A stretch of 64,000 nt of DNA, from the NCBI GenBank assembly GCA_002256025.1, contig NKIB01012750.1, positions 1 through 64,000 of the forward strand, given 5' to 3'. A program made the position numbers and the translations under genes. Of the stretch, positions 1 through 10,489 are shown in pieces. Under the pieces are notes generated by a model. It was not told the DNA's origin and searched no databases. It saw only the letters and a program-made list of their open reading frames with translations. The first letter of the stretch is position 1, and every line of letters begins with the position of its first letter. This DNA comes from Asterionella formosa. Lineage: Eukaryota.

Positions 1-122
1 AGATAATATATAGATATATTCAACTACGTATTTTGATGTATTCAACTAATTCATGTGATGCATTCAAAATCAACTAGGCTTATTTATGTGATGGTCACTT
101 CACGTAATACGCGGCTTAGATG
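1..122 (+). mobile_element. Right end of a TIR (MITE-like) repeat family ending ...CGCGGCTTAGATG
   Basis: 1-110 is near-identical to 9518-9626 and to the reverse complement of ~15437-15550. Its terminal CGCGGCTTAGATG is the reverse complement of CATCTAAGCCGCG at 8835. Confidence 0.7.
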
Positions 123-1703
123 TTGGTCAGCTACTGGCTTTATGCCTACAAAACCAGCAGAATGCTGGCACAATAGTGATGCTATTATTATATACATGAC
201 AAGACATTGAATATGTCTCATTTCAGTCATCACCTGGATAACATTTCTTATTTACATGATAATTACAGTCTGGTGGATCATACCGCCGTTTTTGGTAATG
301 CAGGATATTTAAATTGCATACCGGTATATCCCATCCATGATATCACCAAACTATGCATACCACCGGTACCAGGTACTGAACGAATTAATTTTCGTCATAC
401 ATATCAAACCGCTTTATAGGTGAAACCCCCTACTTTTCAAGGTTCATGTGATGCTACTATTTCCTGAATGAAACGAAGCTACTTCCTGATTAGTGATGTT
501 GCGGCTCTAATTCTGGTGCAGCATACAAACATGCTCGCCAATAGCAAGTCAATGAGAATGGAAGAAGACCCATGATTAAGGCCATGAGCAACAAACTGCG
601 CCGCCATCTGGTCCATCATCTTCACTTTGATCCACATCTCATCTTGAAGAACAGATTCGAAATACGGATCAATGTTCGCAATGGGCGAATTATGATCAAA
701 AGGTACTATCTTCTTGATTTCGGTTGGAATTGGAATTGGGTATGGCCTTCAATGCATTGTTCTCCAATTCTGTCATATAAATTTACCAAAGCTTTTGATT
801 TCGAGTAACAAACAAACAATCAAAATTCGCCAGCATAATTCCCCATCAATATCAAGACCATATCATTTGTTATCAGACTGAGATCATTGTCGTCCCCACA
901 AGAAGGTAGCTCATAAGGGATTCAACAAATGCACATGGCTTGTAAGAAATTCGATTACTGATATGCGAATGGAGAGATAATGACGAATACTACTGGTACA
1001 AGAATTGGATCAAAGCATGTACTGGTAGAGCATTCAAATCGGAATGGCAACAAGGATGCACCGTTGTTGCACAGAATTCATTCTAATAGTAGCATCATTG
1101 GGTACAACAAGGTTTACATACACATAGCTAAGGTGATCTGTGTAAAGTCATAACCTTCGCTAAAACAATAATTGATCAAAGAACAACAGCTATTGATCAA
1201 TCAAACAACGTATCAATATATCATAATATTTGGTTAGCATATTGGTTTTGAAGGTTTTTCCCTTTTATGTATGTAGAGGAGTGAGTGATCCCGCTCAACT
1301 CCACATACAAACCTATAGGGTTAGGGTTACATAGATTGCATCAGAACTCTATCAGGAGAGAACGCGACTAACACCCATTGAATATTTTAGTCAACCTAGT
1401 AGGAGAACGAGTTGAACACAAAGATTAACTAATAAGCTCATATATTCAACAAATACTGCAACCACTTCAAGTTAGATTGACGTACCAGCAAGTTGCGGTA
1501 ATTGTGCTGAAAATAAAATGTTAGCTCTCTTTATCTTATATTAAATTGTTTATTTAAGCCAAATGACCGCAACTTGCAGGTACCTGTTACCCGGTACTCC
1601 CTGCCAGGGTTCATGCGTGGTGGTACATGTTATTGCCGGAATAATGATGTTGATCCAATTACCGGTATTTGTTGAAATATCCAACTGAAACGCAAACTTA
1701 ACC

Positions 1704-2387
1704 ATGAAGATCCAGTCCCTATTAACCATTCTCCTCCTCACGGTCCTCGCGAGCTTGGCTTGGGCGGGTACTGACCAAGAAGGGCTTGACTTTCTTGCGA
1801 AGAACGCCAAAAAGGAAGGCGTAGTGACGTTAGCCAGCGGCCTTCAGTACAAGGTCCTTCAAAAAGGGTCTGGCACGGCGCATCCCAAGGCAAGCACTCC
1901 CTGCCTTTGCCATTACAAGGGAGAGCTGATCAGTGGTGAACAGTTCGACTCGAGCTATGATCGCGGGGATCCATCTACGTTTGCCCCTAACCAGGTCATC
2001 AAGGGATGGACGGAAGCCATGCAGCTTATGGTCGAGGGTGACAAGTGGGAGATGTACATTCCCTCTGAATTGGGTTACGGCGACGGAGGATCTCCTCCTA
2101 AAATCCCCGGAGGATCAGTCCTGGTATTCGTAATGGAGCTGGTGGAGATTCAAGGGGAATCAGTCGAAGCACTCAAATGTGATGCGGCCACGGGTGAGTC
2201 GTGCAATGACCAAGAACGCACCTTTATTGAGAAAATGAAGCTCAGGGAGAGTGCTGCCTTGGCCAAGGAGTTGAAGCGAGTCACGGGTATGCAGGGAGCG
2301 AAAATGACTCCGGATCTCAAGGCGTGGATCTCAAGACGTATCTTTATTTTGAAGCAAATGGTTGGCGAGCAGAACCCCGAGTTTTAG
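1704..2387 (+). CDS. FKBP: Secretory-pathway FKBP-type peptidyl-prolyl isomerase with C-terminal helical extension
   Basis: Signal peptide; FKBP motifs SGLQY, HYKG, FDSSYDRG, QVIKGW, IPSELGYG and IPGGSVLVF. C-terminal ~70 aa with a Cys pair and WISRRIFIL, ending NPEF. Confidence 0.95.
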   Translation: MKIQSLLTILLLTVLASLAWAGTDQEGLDFLAKNAKKEGVVTLASGLQYKVLQKGSGTAHPKASTPCLCHYKGELISGEQFDSSYDRGDPSTFAPNQVIKGWTEAMQLMVEGDKWEMYIPSELGYGDGGSPPKIPGGSVLVFVMELVEIQGESVEALKCDAATGESCNDQERTFIEKMKLRESAALAKELKRVTGMQGAKMTPDLKAWISRRIFILKQMVGEQNPEF

Positions 2388-2424
2388 GGTGGTGTGATGC
2401 TGGAATTTATTGATCTATGCTACC

Positions 2425-2672
2425 TATCTCAATAGATGTCATCGATGCATAACGTTTTTATCAGACAAAGCAGGCCACTGCAATTATCTGATAGTTCAAA
2501 AGTTCCACAACTTAGTCAAGAAACTTACTTACTAGTCCGCTTCCTGAGTATCTCAATAGATGTCATCGATACCTAACACTAGGTTTTTATCAGACAAAGC
2601 AGGCCACCACAGTCATCTGATAGATCACCAGTTCCACAAATAGTCAAGAAACTTACTAGTCCGCTTCCTGAG
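2425..2672. repeat. Tandem duplication, 2 x ~124 bp, just downstream of the FKBP stop
   Basis: TATCTCAATAGATGTCATCGAT...CTAGTCCGCTTCCTGAG begins at 2425 and again at 2549. Confidence 0.9.
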
Positions 2673-3250
2673 TAAAATACTGTTATATCTAGGGTCCACA
2701 TATGACATGGAACATCGTCGTCTCACAGTGGTGTTCGAGTCGAAAGAAGTCATACACACGGATCAGTGGATCGATTCATTGTGATCGTACAGTCCAGTCA
2801 ATGAAATAATATTTATGATTTGAATTTTCTATGGAGAAGTACGAGGTTAGAGGGAGATAAGAAAACGACAATCGGAACGGGAAACAATAAGATGCCATGA
2901 ACGAAGCGGGAAGCAGGGATGATTTGAGTTGTTTCGCTAGGTTCGAGCTCAAAACTAAAGTGGACATCTGTTTCAATACAATCATTATAGACCCTGAGAG
3001 AACTAACTGGAACGATGCGTACTAGATATCGACTACCGATAGTTCAACAATCAATGTCATAAAAACAGGTTCCCGTACAAAGACCAGCCGTTGGCGTTAG
3101 TATGCTGCGGAATCCTTGGGCAATCGAGCCAATCTATATTTTAGTCTACTTCATGATATGCTCAACACATAAAGCCAGCATTGGGTTCCGGAAGAAACTG
3201 GCTAAAATATGAGATTGAGGTTTACCCATTTATGCACCAACTAAACTAGC

Positions 3251-6200
3251 TTATGGCTTATTTATGCCATCGTCCATTGCCACGTAGTCCAAGTGTAACT
3301 CTGTCAATTCTGACAATGACTTGGTTGCTGCCAAGTTCTTTGACGATCCACCACCAGCACCAACCTTTTCAAGCTCCGATAAAAGCGTATCTGATACCCA
3401 ATTCCCATATTCTGGATTGCCCGTAAAGTTCTCAGACACCAAATGGTTACACAAAAATGTAACACTCTGGAGAGTGCTCTCAAATAGGGGCGACACCTTC
3501 CCACGTCGGCCCGCTCGTAAGTTTTCACCAACGAGTACAGCCATTTGGTTCACAATGTCTGTCAAATCTTCCCAGTACTCCTTGTTCTTGCTTAGATGAG
3601 CGATGGACATCAAGAGAATCTTGCAAAGAAGAATGCAACAGTTCAACCTAGGAGCCTCGGATGTCACCGGGGGTTGCTTGTTGACAATTAGGTGGAGGAG
3701 AACTATCCACTTTTCGTCTGGGAGTGAACCCATTGGAGTTGCTGCAATGAATCGTTGAAAGCAGTCCGTTCCTTGCAAAGAAGTGTTCGGGTCAAAGTTT
3801 CTACAAACTGCATAAAAAGCGACAGCAATGTTTTGCCATAAGACTTGATCGTGAACTACATGCAACTTGTTCTCGTTGCTTCCGTTACTGGTATCAATTT
3901 TGACGTCGAGCAAGATGATGTGGCGGTAAAGGTTCTCAAGACACATCATTGCCGGAATAGAAAGCGATATATCGTTCTGGTAGGTGCCAAAAACAAATTT
4001 CAAGAGAGGCTTCGTTAACATTAGTGAACCCTCCTTTGTTAGAATATGGCGTTCTTCTCCGTCTTCAAGCATCGCCATCATCTGCGACTCCACTGTGTTC
4101 GCAACGCCATCAAAGACAAACCCACGACCCGGGCCGAAAAAGGCAAGCATATCTAGCATGCTGATGATGAACTCCCAGTCAGCGGCATTCTCAAGCAAAT
4201 GAAACTTTTGGCTCAAAAAAATGGCCATTCCGCAAGCAATACGATCAGAAACAAACCGAATAAAATTAGGCGGTAGAGCCATGAAGAGGTGAAGAGATTT
4301 TTTTAACTGAGGGCGAGCTTCAGGAATGTCGTACAAATGGATGCATGCGCGAAGAATTGTGACGACGACGCGCTCCATTAAGAAGGGTGTTGGAATGTTC
4401 TTTGGCTGGCTCTCCGAAGGGTGTTCAGAAGTTCCTCCGTGTAAAACAGTTTCAAATTTCGCTAGGAAAGTTGGGTACAGGTCTGCAGAACGATCGCGAT
4501 TGGAAATAAGGGCCAAGAGGGCAAGCTCCAGCGAATATACAGCATGCTGCTCAAAGATAGGATCATCGAAATAAGGATAGGCATCGATAGCATCCAACAA
4601 GGCTCTGACAGTTTGCTTCGCCATTGGTAAATTCTTAGGACGCATCAAAACCACCTGCTCTAGCTTGGCTCTCTTGGTGACTTGCAATAACGACACAGAA
4701 AACGAGGAAAGTTCTTTTTCATTTTGGTCTGGAAAATCCTCAGTGTCCCCATGGAAAAGGCTAGCAAGTCCTTGTTGTTCCTTCTTTCCGGTAAAAAAGG
4801 AAGTCATCCAGCCTTTCTTCTTATCGCGATCGGACCCTAGTGATCTGTAGTATTCATCCAAACGGCGCTGAGACTGCTTCGCAAAAGGAGAGAGGGGTAA
4901 TAGATTTCCTCGACTATCGGCAAAGTCATCCAAGAAAATGACTCGATCCGGCAGTGCTCGAGCATCCCGGAGAGCGCACAAACATTCGATGAGAGTGGGC
5001 CAGGCCTCACGTATTCGATCTGGTTGCTTGCGAATCAAGGTAAACCCGCAATCCAACGATAACAAGCCTCTATGTGCGGCTGCTCCTGTCATGACTTCTG
5101 TGACATCTGAAAAGGAAATTGACTTGACCAAGAATTCTTGTGGCACTGACAAAGGCGCTCCAGCCTCGTTTGTCATGACGACCTGTGATGGGATATCGCT
5201 GCTTGCACTCCCGTTATGAGTATTTGGACTTGGCCCAGCTGCCATGATTTCAGCACTATCTAGTCCAGCATATTCCAAAGCGATGCAACTCATGATATAA
5301 TCTCGACCATGGCCAAGAAGGATTTGCAAGATATCATTGAAGGTTTCGTCTAAGTCAAAGTAGACACAGATTTTGCTCATTTCCTGAAATCCACCAAGGG
5401 CCTTGGTAACCAAAGCGTCGTTGGTAGACCTGACAAAGATATTGGAAATAGACTGAATGGCTGCCTTTGCAATCGACACAAACATATCACGATCATTTAT
5501 ACCGGCTTTCGATATGTGAGAGTATGCCGCGCCTGCTGGAGTAAAGTTGGCAGGTATGTGTAGTCTTTTCAAAATGTCCTCCCAATGTTTTGCTGGAATC
5601 TCGGCATCTTCATGGTGTCTGCGAATCACATCTAAGAATTCCTTCTGAACTTGAAGTTCATTTTCCTGAAAATCGTGGTATATGAAAGTCAAAAAATCGA
5701 CGGGGAAATCGTCCTCGTCATTCAATCCACGATTATTGCGAATGAACTCGTCTAAAGTCATGCGTTTGTCCTCCTTCATTCCCGGATTGTGCAAGTCCGT
5801 GTTGAGCATAATGGTTGAAAAAGCCATGCGAAAGACAGCGTCAGACGATTTAAAGTTGGCGTTTGGCACTGTTACCCCCTCGTCCTCAATTTCCAAGGGT
5901 TGACTGGTCGGTTTCTCTTGCTGCTGCTGATATAGTTCCGTGCTAAAACTCTCCATCAATCGATCAATACATTGGGCTTCGCCCGGCAATCGAAATTTGG
6001 CGAGAAATGTTCGAAGTGAACCCGAAAATCCCAATTCCTTAAAATCAAACAATGCCACAAAGGCCGCTCGAACTTTTTGGTGAAATGGGTATTTTTCATC
6101 TGGTCCCTTGCTCAAGTAAAGGCCCAATTGGGTCATGTCCAACTGGGGAGTCGTGTACAAAAAGGAGGCCACCGCGCTAGGTGTTGGGTCAGCGGAAAAT

Positions 6201-7873
6201 AAATCCAATTCTTGGGCAGTCACCATCCAACTTGGATTGTTCCGATTGAACTCATGAGCAATGAGTTGAAGGGCATGCTTTCTGCGCTTGCGTTCTTGAA
6301 TGACCTTGTGGTTTTCTTCGGCTTGCCACCGTGCTCCGAGATTATCGTACGATGCGTCGTCTTCGGGCATGGTGCCACCGTATAACGATGTTTCTTCGTC
6401 GGTCTCGTCCAAAACGTCGGTGCTGGTCTTGAGGAATCTTTCTCCAGGGGTACACTTCCGACCAACCGAATCCATCACCGCCAAGAGCCCCTCCAATGCC
6501 AAGCGATTCAACGAATTGACAAACGTCCCCTCGGGAGTGGCCATTCGACTCAAGGTTCCACAAATACTTTCAAATAAATTGGTACAATGAACATCGCAAT
6601 CGTAATTCAAGTACAGGTCTTGCATCATTGCTGGTTCTTGACAAAATTCCAATAGACTTTCCAATGCCACTTCACGTTGCTCATCGCGAAAGTTTTTGAT
6701 CGTGGGATCCAAGATGCGAAGGTGGACGCTGGTCAAAAATATTTCCAAAGGCAATTTCATATGATTGCGTATGGTCTGGAAGAGATTGAAAATGACACGG
6801 AGAGTCAAACTCAGAATGACCAAATCATGTGTGGTACTCCACTGCAGCAAATGTTTGCAAAGATCATTGTGAAGAATGGCGATTTCGGCCTGAGAAGGTT
6901 GATCTTTCATGGTTTCGAGTGCGATGTTGACCAGTGTCAAGGATGTGACACACGTGCGGTCGGTAGATTGGGATGGGTTGACCAAGTTGGCCAGCGAGGA
7001 GAGGATGGTAGCACGCGCCTGCGAGACATCCCCCACGTCGGGGTCCACTTGAAAGACAACCAAAACGATTTGACAGGACGCATCCGTCGCTGCCGACTTG
7101 AGTAATCCACTCGCATGCATGGCTCGGTGCGAGACATGGAGACACGTGTCCAAAAGTCCCACCACCAACGTGGCATCCAAAATACTCGAGGAGCGCTGCA
7201 AACTGACTCTGACCACGAGTGCCGCCAGATTTAACAGCTTCAATACGACTTGCTCATCATCATGCCACACTTGAGATTGCCGAGCGCTGAGGTTCGCCTT
7301 TCGCTTCCCGTCGGGCCCATGCGTCGATTCTTCAAACGTACAATGCAACAGAGACTTTGCGACAAGAGCCATGCCCTCCATAGCCTCCGGAGTTCCTTCG
7401 ACAATGAATCCATAAAGGAGGAACTTGTGCAGGGCATTGAGAGACGCTCCAGTAACACTGGCACTGATATCTCTACCGCTTATGGCCGAACAGAAGGGTT
7501 GCAGGTACTGTAGTAACTTGAGCTCGTCCTTCAAATCTGCATGAGTCAACGTCTCGTCCAATTCCTTCAACATGATCAACAGCGGGTGCTCCTCAAGGCC
7601 TACTTCTTCTGAGAATCTCAAAGGAGATGCGTACCTCGCATCGGATCTCATCACGTTCAGCACGTTGTGAATTTCACCCTTGATGACCTTGATGGCATTT
7701 TGTCGCTCCATCAGAAGGGTAGGATCCACAGTGAACGCTGATGCCGGTTCCACTTCGTCTGTTTCCACAGTGCTGTCTTCTTCACCTTCATCGTCATTTG
7801 TCTGCTCCAAAGTATCTTCCATTGTCGTGGATTCGCCGTCGGGAGAGACATCGTGACCGTCCTCGTCGGTCAT
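3251..7873 (-). CDS. GBF1: Large Sec7-domain ARF guanine-nucleotide exchange factor, GBF1/GNOM type
   Basis: 1540-aa ORF. Sec7 glutamic-finger motif FRLPGEAQCIDRLME, IMLNTDLHN and FIRNNRG; HUS box YLNYDCD; GBF-like N-terminus (DISASVTGASLNALHKFL). Confidence 0.93.
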   Translation of the reverse strand: MTDEDGHDVSPDGESTTMEDTLEQTNDDEGEEDSTVETDEVEPASAFTVDPTLLMERQNAIKVIKGEIHNVLNVMRSDARYASPLRFSEEVGLEEHPLLIMLKELDETLTHADLKDELKLLQYLQPFCSAISGRDISASVTGASLNALHKFLLYGFIVEGTPEAMEGMALVAKSLLHCTFEESTHGPDGKRKANLSARQSQVWHDDEQVVLKLLNLAALVVRVSLQRSSSILDATLVVGLLDTCLHVSHRAMHASGLLKSAATDASCQIVLVVFQVDPDVGDVSQARATILSSLANLVNPSQSTDRTCVTSLTLVNIALETMKDQPSQAEIAILHNDLCKHLLQWSTTHDLVILSLTLRVIFNLFQTIRNHMKLPLEIFLTSVHLRILDPTIKNFRDEQREVALESLLEFCQEPAMMQDLYLNYDCDVHCTNLFESICGTLSRMATPEGTFVNSLNRLALEGLLAVMDSVGRKCTPGERFLKTSTDVLDETDEETSLYGGTMPEDDASYDNLGARWQAEENHKVIQERKRRKHALQLIAHEFNRNNPSWMVTAQELDLFSADPTPSAVASFLYTTPQLDMTQLGLYLSKGPDEKYPFHQKVRAAFVALFDFKELGFSGSLRTFLAKFRLPGEAQCIDRLMESFSTELYQQQQEKPTSQPLEIEDEGVTVPNANFKSSDAVFRMAFSTIMLNTDLHNPGMKEDKRMTLDEFIRNNRGLNDEDDFPVDFLTFIYHDFQENELQVQKEFLDVIRRHHEDAEIPAKHWEDILKRLHIPANFTPAGAAYSHISKAGINDRDMFVSIAKAAIQSISNIFVRSTNDALVTKALGGFQEMSKICVYFDLDETFNDILQILLGHGRDYIMSCIALEYAGLDSAEIMAAGPSPNTHNGSASSDIPSQVVMTNEAGAPLSVPQEFLVKSISFSDVTEVMTGAAAHRGLLSLDCGFTLIRKQPDRIREAWPTLIECLCALRDARALPDRVIFLDDFADSRGNLLPLSPFAKQSQRRLDEYYRSLGSDRDKKKGWMTSFFTGKKEQQGLASLFHGDTEDFPDQNEKELSSFSVSLLQVTKRAKLEQVVLMRPKNLPMAKQTVRALLDAIDAYPYFDDPIFEQHAVYSLELALLALISNRDRSADLYPTFLAKFETVLHGGTSEHPSESQPKNIPTPFLMERVVVTILRACIHLYDIPEARPQLKKSLHLFMALPPNFIRFVSDRIACGMAIFLSQKFHLLENAADWEFIISMLDMLAFFGPGRGFVFDGVANTVESQMMAMLEDGEERHILTKEGSLMLTKPLLKFVFGTYQNDISLSIPAMMCLENLYRHIILLDVKIDTSNGSNENKLHVVHDQVLWQNIAVAFYAVCRNFDPNTSLQGTDCFQRFIAATPMGSLPDEKWIVLLHLIVNKQPPVTSEAPRLNCCILLCKILLMSIAHLSKNKEYWEDLTDIVNQMAVLVGENLRAGRRGKVSPLFESTLQSVTFLCNHLVSENFTGNPEYGNWVSDTLLSELEKVGAGGGSSKNLAATKSLSELTELHLDYVAMDDGINKP

Positions 7874-8834
7874 GTTCGATCGAAAATTGAATGAACTACC
7901 TACCGGTAAAGAAGTGCATATTTCAAAGCACGATCACAGCAGAAGGTACCTGATGCCTGATGTACCAGGTACCAGGTACGACCTGATTTGGTCGTAGGCG
8001 CAGACTGGTAGTATGTATTGCTTCAGTTGTATGATGGCTGATTTATGCACCGCGTATACCGTATATGTAATAACTGTATCATAAAATATTCATACACTAC
8101 TATCTGAATGTGTCCGTTCCTACAAAAGATATTACCTACCGTACCTAGTACTGGCATGTGTGCATACTAATATTGCACGAACGTTTTGATGTCGTGAAAT
8201 ATCCTCCGTAACGTTTGTGTTGCTCGACTACTAACAACCTGGTACCTGGTACCTGGTACCCTGGTACCGGTAGTCGACGCCTCTGGCTGAATGACTGTAA
8301 CCGTTGGTATTTCTGACAACAAGCAGCAATATTCTAAGTAATTTTATGCATATGAGCATGCATTGCGTCTCAACGCATGCGGAATGACCGCGAACAACGA
8401 ATTGTTTCAACGAGGAAACAACAAATACTATGTACTAACTGTGAATTTGGCTCGGTCCAAACTTTGAGGACATCGGGTAGGCTCGTGTAGAGTACAACGG
8501 ATAACCCTAACCCTTCTGGAAAAAAAGCACGCAAAAATGGTTGTTTTGCCATTACAATGGCCATCACTGACCGTCGCTTTTCTTTGTACCTGATCGCGAT
8601 CTCGCAGATTCAACTCCGGTTCGAGTATCTCAACTGTCTGGATTTAAAGAATGAGTTGATGGATCCGCAAGGGCATGCATTCTCACTAAATTTTGCTTGA
8701 GCTAGTAGCTATTTTAAAATTATTTGTGCAGAAAGAAGCTCCTACTGGCTGAAATGGATTCCAATTGAGCTCTTGTGTGACCACATACACCTGAGATTTA
8801 ATGTCAAAGATGACATGAAGTTCACCAAGACCAT

Positions 8835-9626
8835 CATCTAAGCCGCGAAATATGCCACTTTTCGAAATTTGTTCTACGTAGTAGGAGTGTTAATTATGTG
8901 GTACTTCACATGAATTAATGCTACTCTTCCCATAGAAAAGGTTACTTTTAACGGTTTCATGTGAAGTTGTAATGGTTTCATGTGAAGATTTCACAAAAAA
9001 TTTGAACTCGAGACTAAATTAGTTGATGTTTCAAATAATTCATTTCAAAGTTCAACAAAGTCCTGCTCATGAGGTTAATTCATTTAGGACATGCATCTTC
9101 CTTTGTGAAATAGTAAGGATATTTGTGGTGTCTTAATTCATGCTACAGTGGTGTCTTAATTCAGCTACAGTTTATGGTTGTACTTCACATAAATAATATT
9201 TACTATTATACTAAACACGATTACTTGTCATGGTTTCATGCGATGGTTCACAATAATACGGTTATTTTCGACTGCCCCAAGAAACAGTTGAATATTACAG
9301 AATTAATTGAAGTATTTCAAATAATTATGTGAAGTATTTCAAAAAATTATGTGAATTATTTCAAATAATTATGTGAAGTATTTCAAATAATTATGTGAAG
9401 TATTTCAAAAAATTATGTGAAGTATTTCAAATAATGACATGAAGGTGATCACGTAATATAGTGATGATCAGGAATGCATGCATGATACTCTGATCAAATA
9501 ATGAACGTGATGTATTCAGATAATATATAGATATATTCAAGTAAGCATTTTGATGTATTCAACTAATTCATGTGATCCATTCAAAATCAAATAGGCTTAT
9601 TTACGTGATGTCACTTCACGTAATAC
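8835..9626 (+). mobile_element. Non-autonomous TIR element (~790 bp) containing a 22-bp minisatellite; right TIR clipped
   Basis: Starts CATCTAAGCCGCG. The right part matches 1-110 but stops just before the GCGGCTTAGATG terminus. No coding capacity. Confidence 0.6.
9301..9444. repeat. 22-bp tandem repeat AATTATGTGAAGTATTTCAAAW x6 plus a partial unit
   Basis: Units start at 9301, 9323, 9345, 9367, 9389 and 9411, with a partial at 9433; no spacers. Confidence 0.95.
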
Positions 9627-9700
9627 ATATATAAAAATATGTTATTCATGTAGTATGACTACATATAATTTCCCAGAATATTTCAGAACTTGCTTGCTCA

Positions 9701-9768
9701 TCCTCAGACTAAATCTAGCCGTCGGACACCTGTCGACATGAGCAGCCTCACAGACACATTCTGACACC
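9701..9768 (+). repeat. ~70-bp dispersed repeat (copies also at ~38500-38571 and ~38875-38942)
   Basis: TCCTCAGACTAMATCTAG...GGACACCTGTYGACAT...CAGACAMATTCTGACAC occurs three times. Confidence 0.85.
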
Positions 9769-9877
9769 CTCCATAATCTGCTGATTAGTGTCTGCATGGT
9801 TATAGTCAGTAGTCAGTCCCAGTACCTGGCACACCTACGTATTTATACGCACAGCAGAATAATCATATGCAAACGAG

Positions 9878-10259
9878 TGTCAAGGATATAGCATCAATGG
9901 CTATAATGAGTCACAAGGACTGTGGAGTCTACTATAGTCCAATGAGTCAAATGGTGCGTTCCCATGTCAAGAAGCTTGCTAACAAGATTGATGTCTTAGA
10001 TCAATCAGAGGAAAGTTTACATCAACGAAAAGGGAACACGAAGAACAGGTTCTCGAAGTGTGATGAATGGGATTGAAACTTGGTTTTAGTTTAAGCTTAT
10101 AATTAAGAAACAGTGAGAATTGACAGAATAAGGTCAATAGCAAAAACTAGCACGAAGGCTAGCAGCAGAAAGAAGATAACAATACTAGTGCTGGTACAAC
10201 AAGGTAAGACCTAGTACGTAAGACCCATCAGACAGGAAGGAGTACGTTTCCTTTTAACA
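9878..10259 (+). mobile_element. Solo LTR of a Ty1/copia family, TG...CA, flanked by direct repeat AACGAG
   Basis: Starts TGTCAAGG and ends TTTTAACA. AACGAG lies at 9872-9877 and 10260-10265. Colinear with the LTR at 32977-33371 (-), which precedes a gag/protease relic. Confidence 0.85.
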
Positions 10260-10489
10260 AACGAGCAGGGCAAGAATCATATTGTATGTACAGTACCAAC
10301 ATTCCCGCGCCGACCAACTATATACTCCAGAACTGATAGAATAGTACATACCGGTATGTAGACTCGAGCCGAACACAAGAATACTCGCTAGCAGTGTCCT
10401 CTCTCTCTCAGTCGTGTTGCACCTGGTACCTTAATTTATGATTACATATATATTTGCAAACCTGGACAAATGAGAGAAGGAAGAAAGCA

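Noticed and set aside
1316..1329. Telomeric TTAGGG repeats (also TAACCCTAACCC near 8502)
   Set aside because: Only about two units each; not an array.
9301..9444. CRISPR-like regular repeats
   Set aside because: Units are contiguous with no unique spacers, there are no cas genes and the context is eukaryotic; it is a minisatellite.
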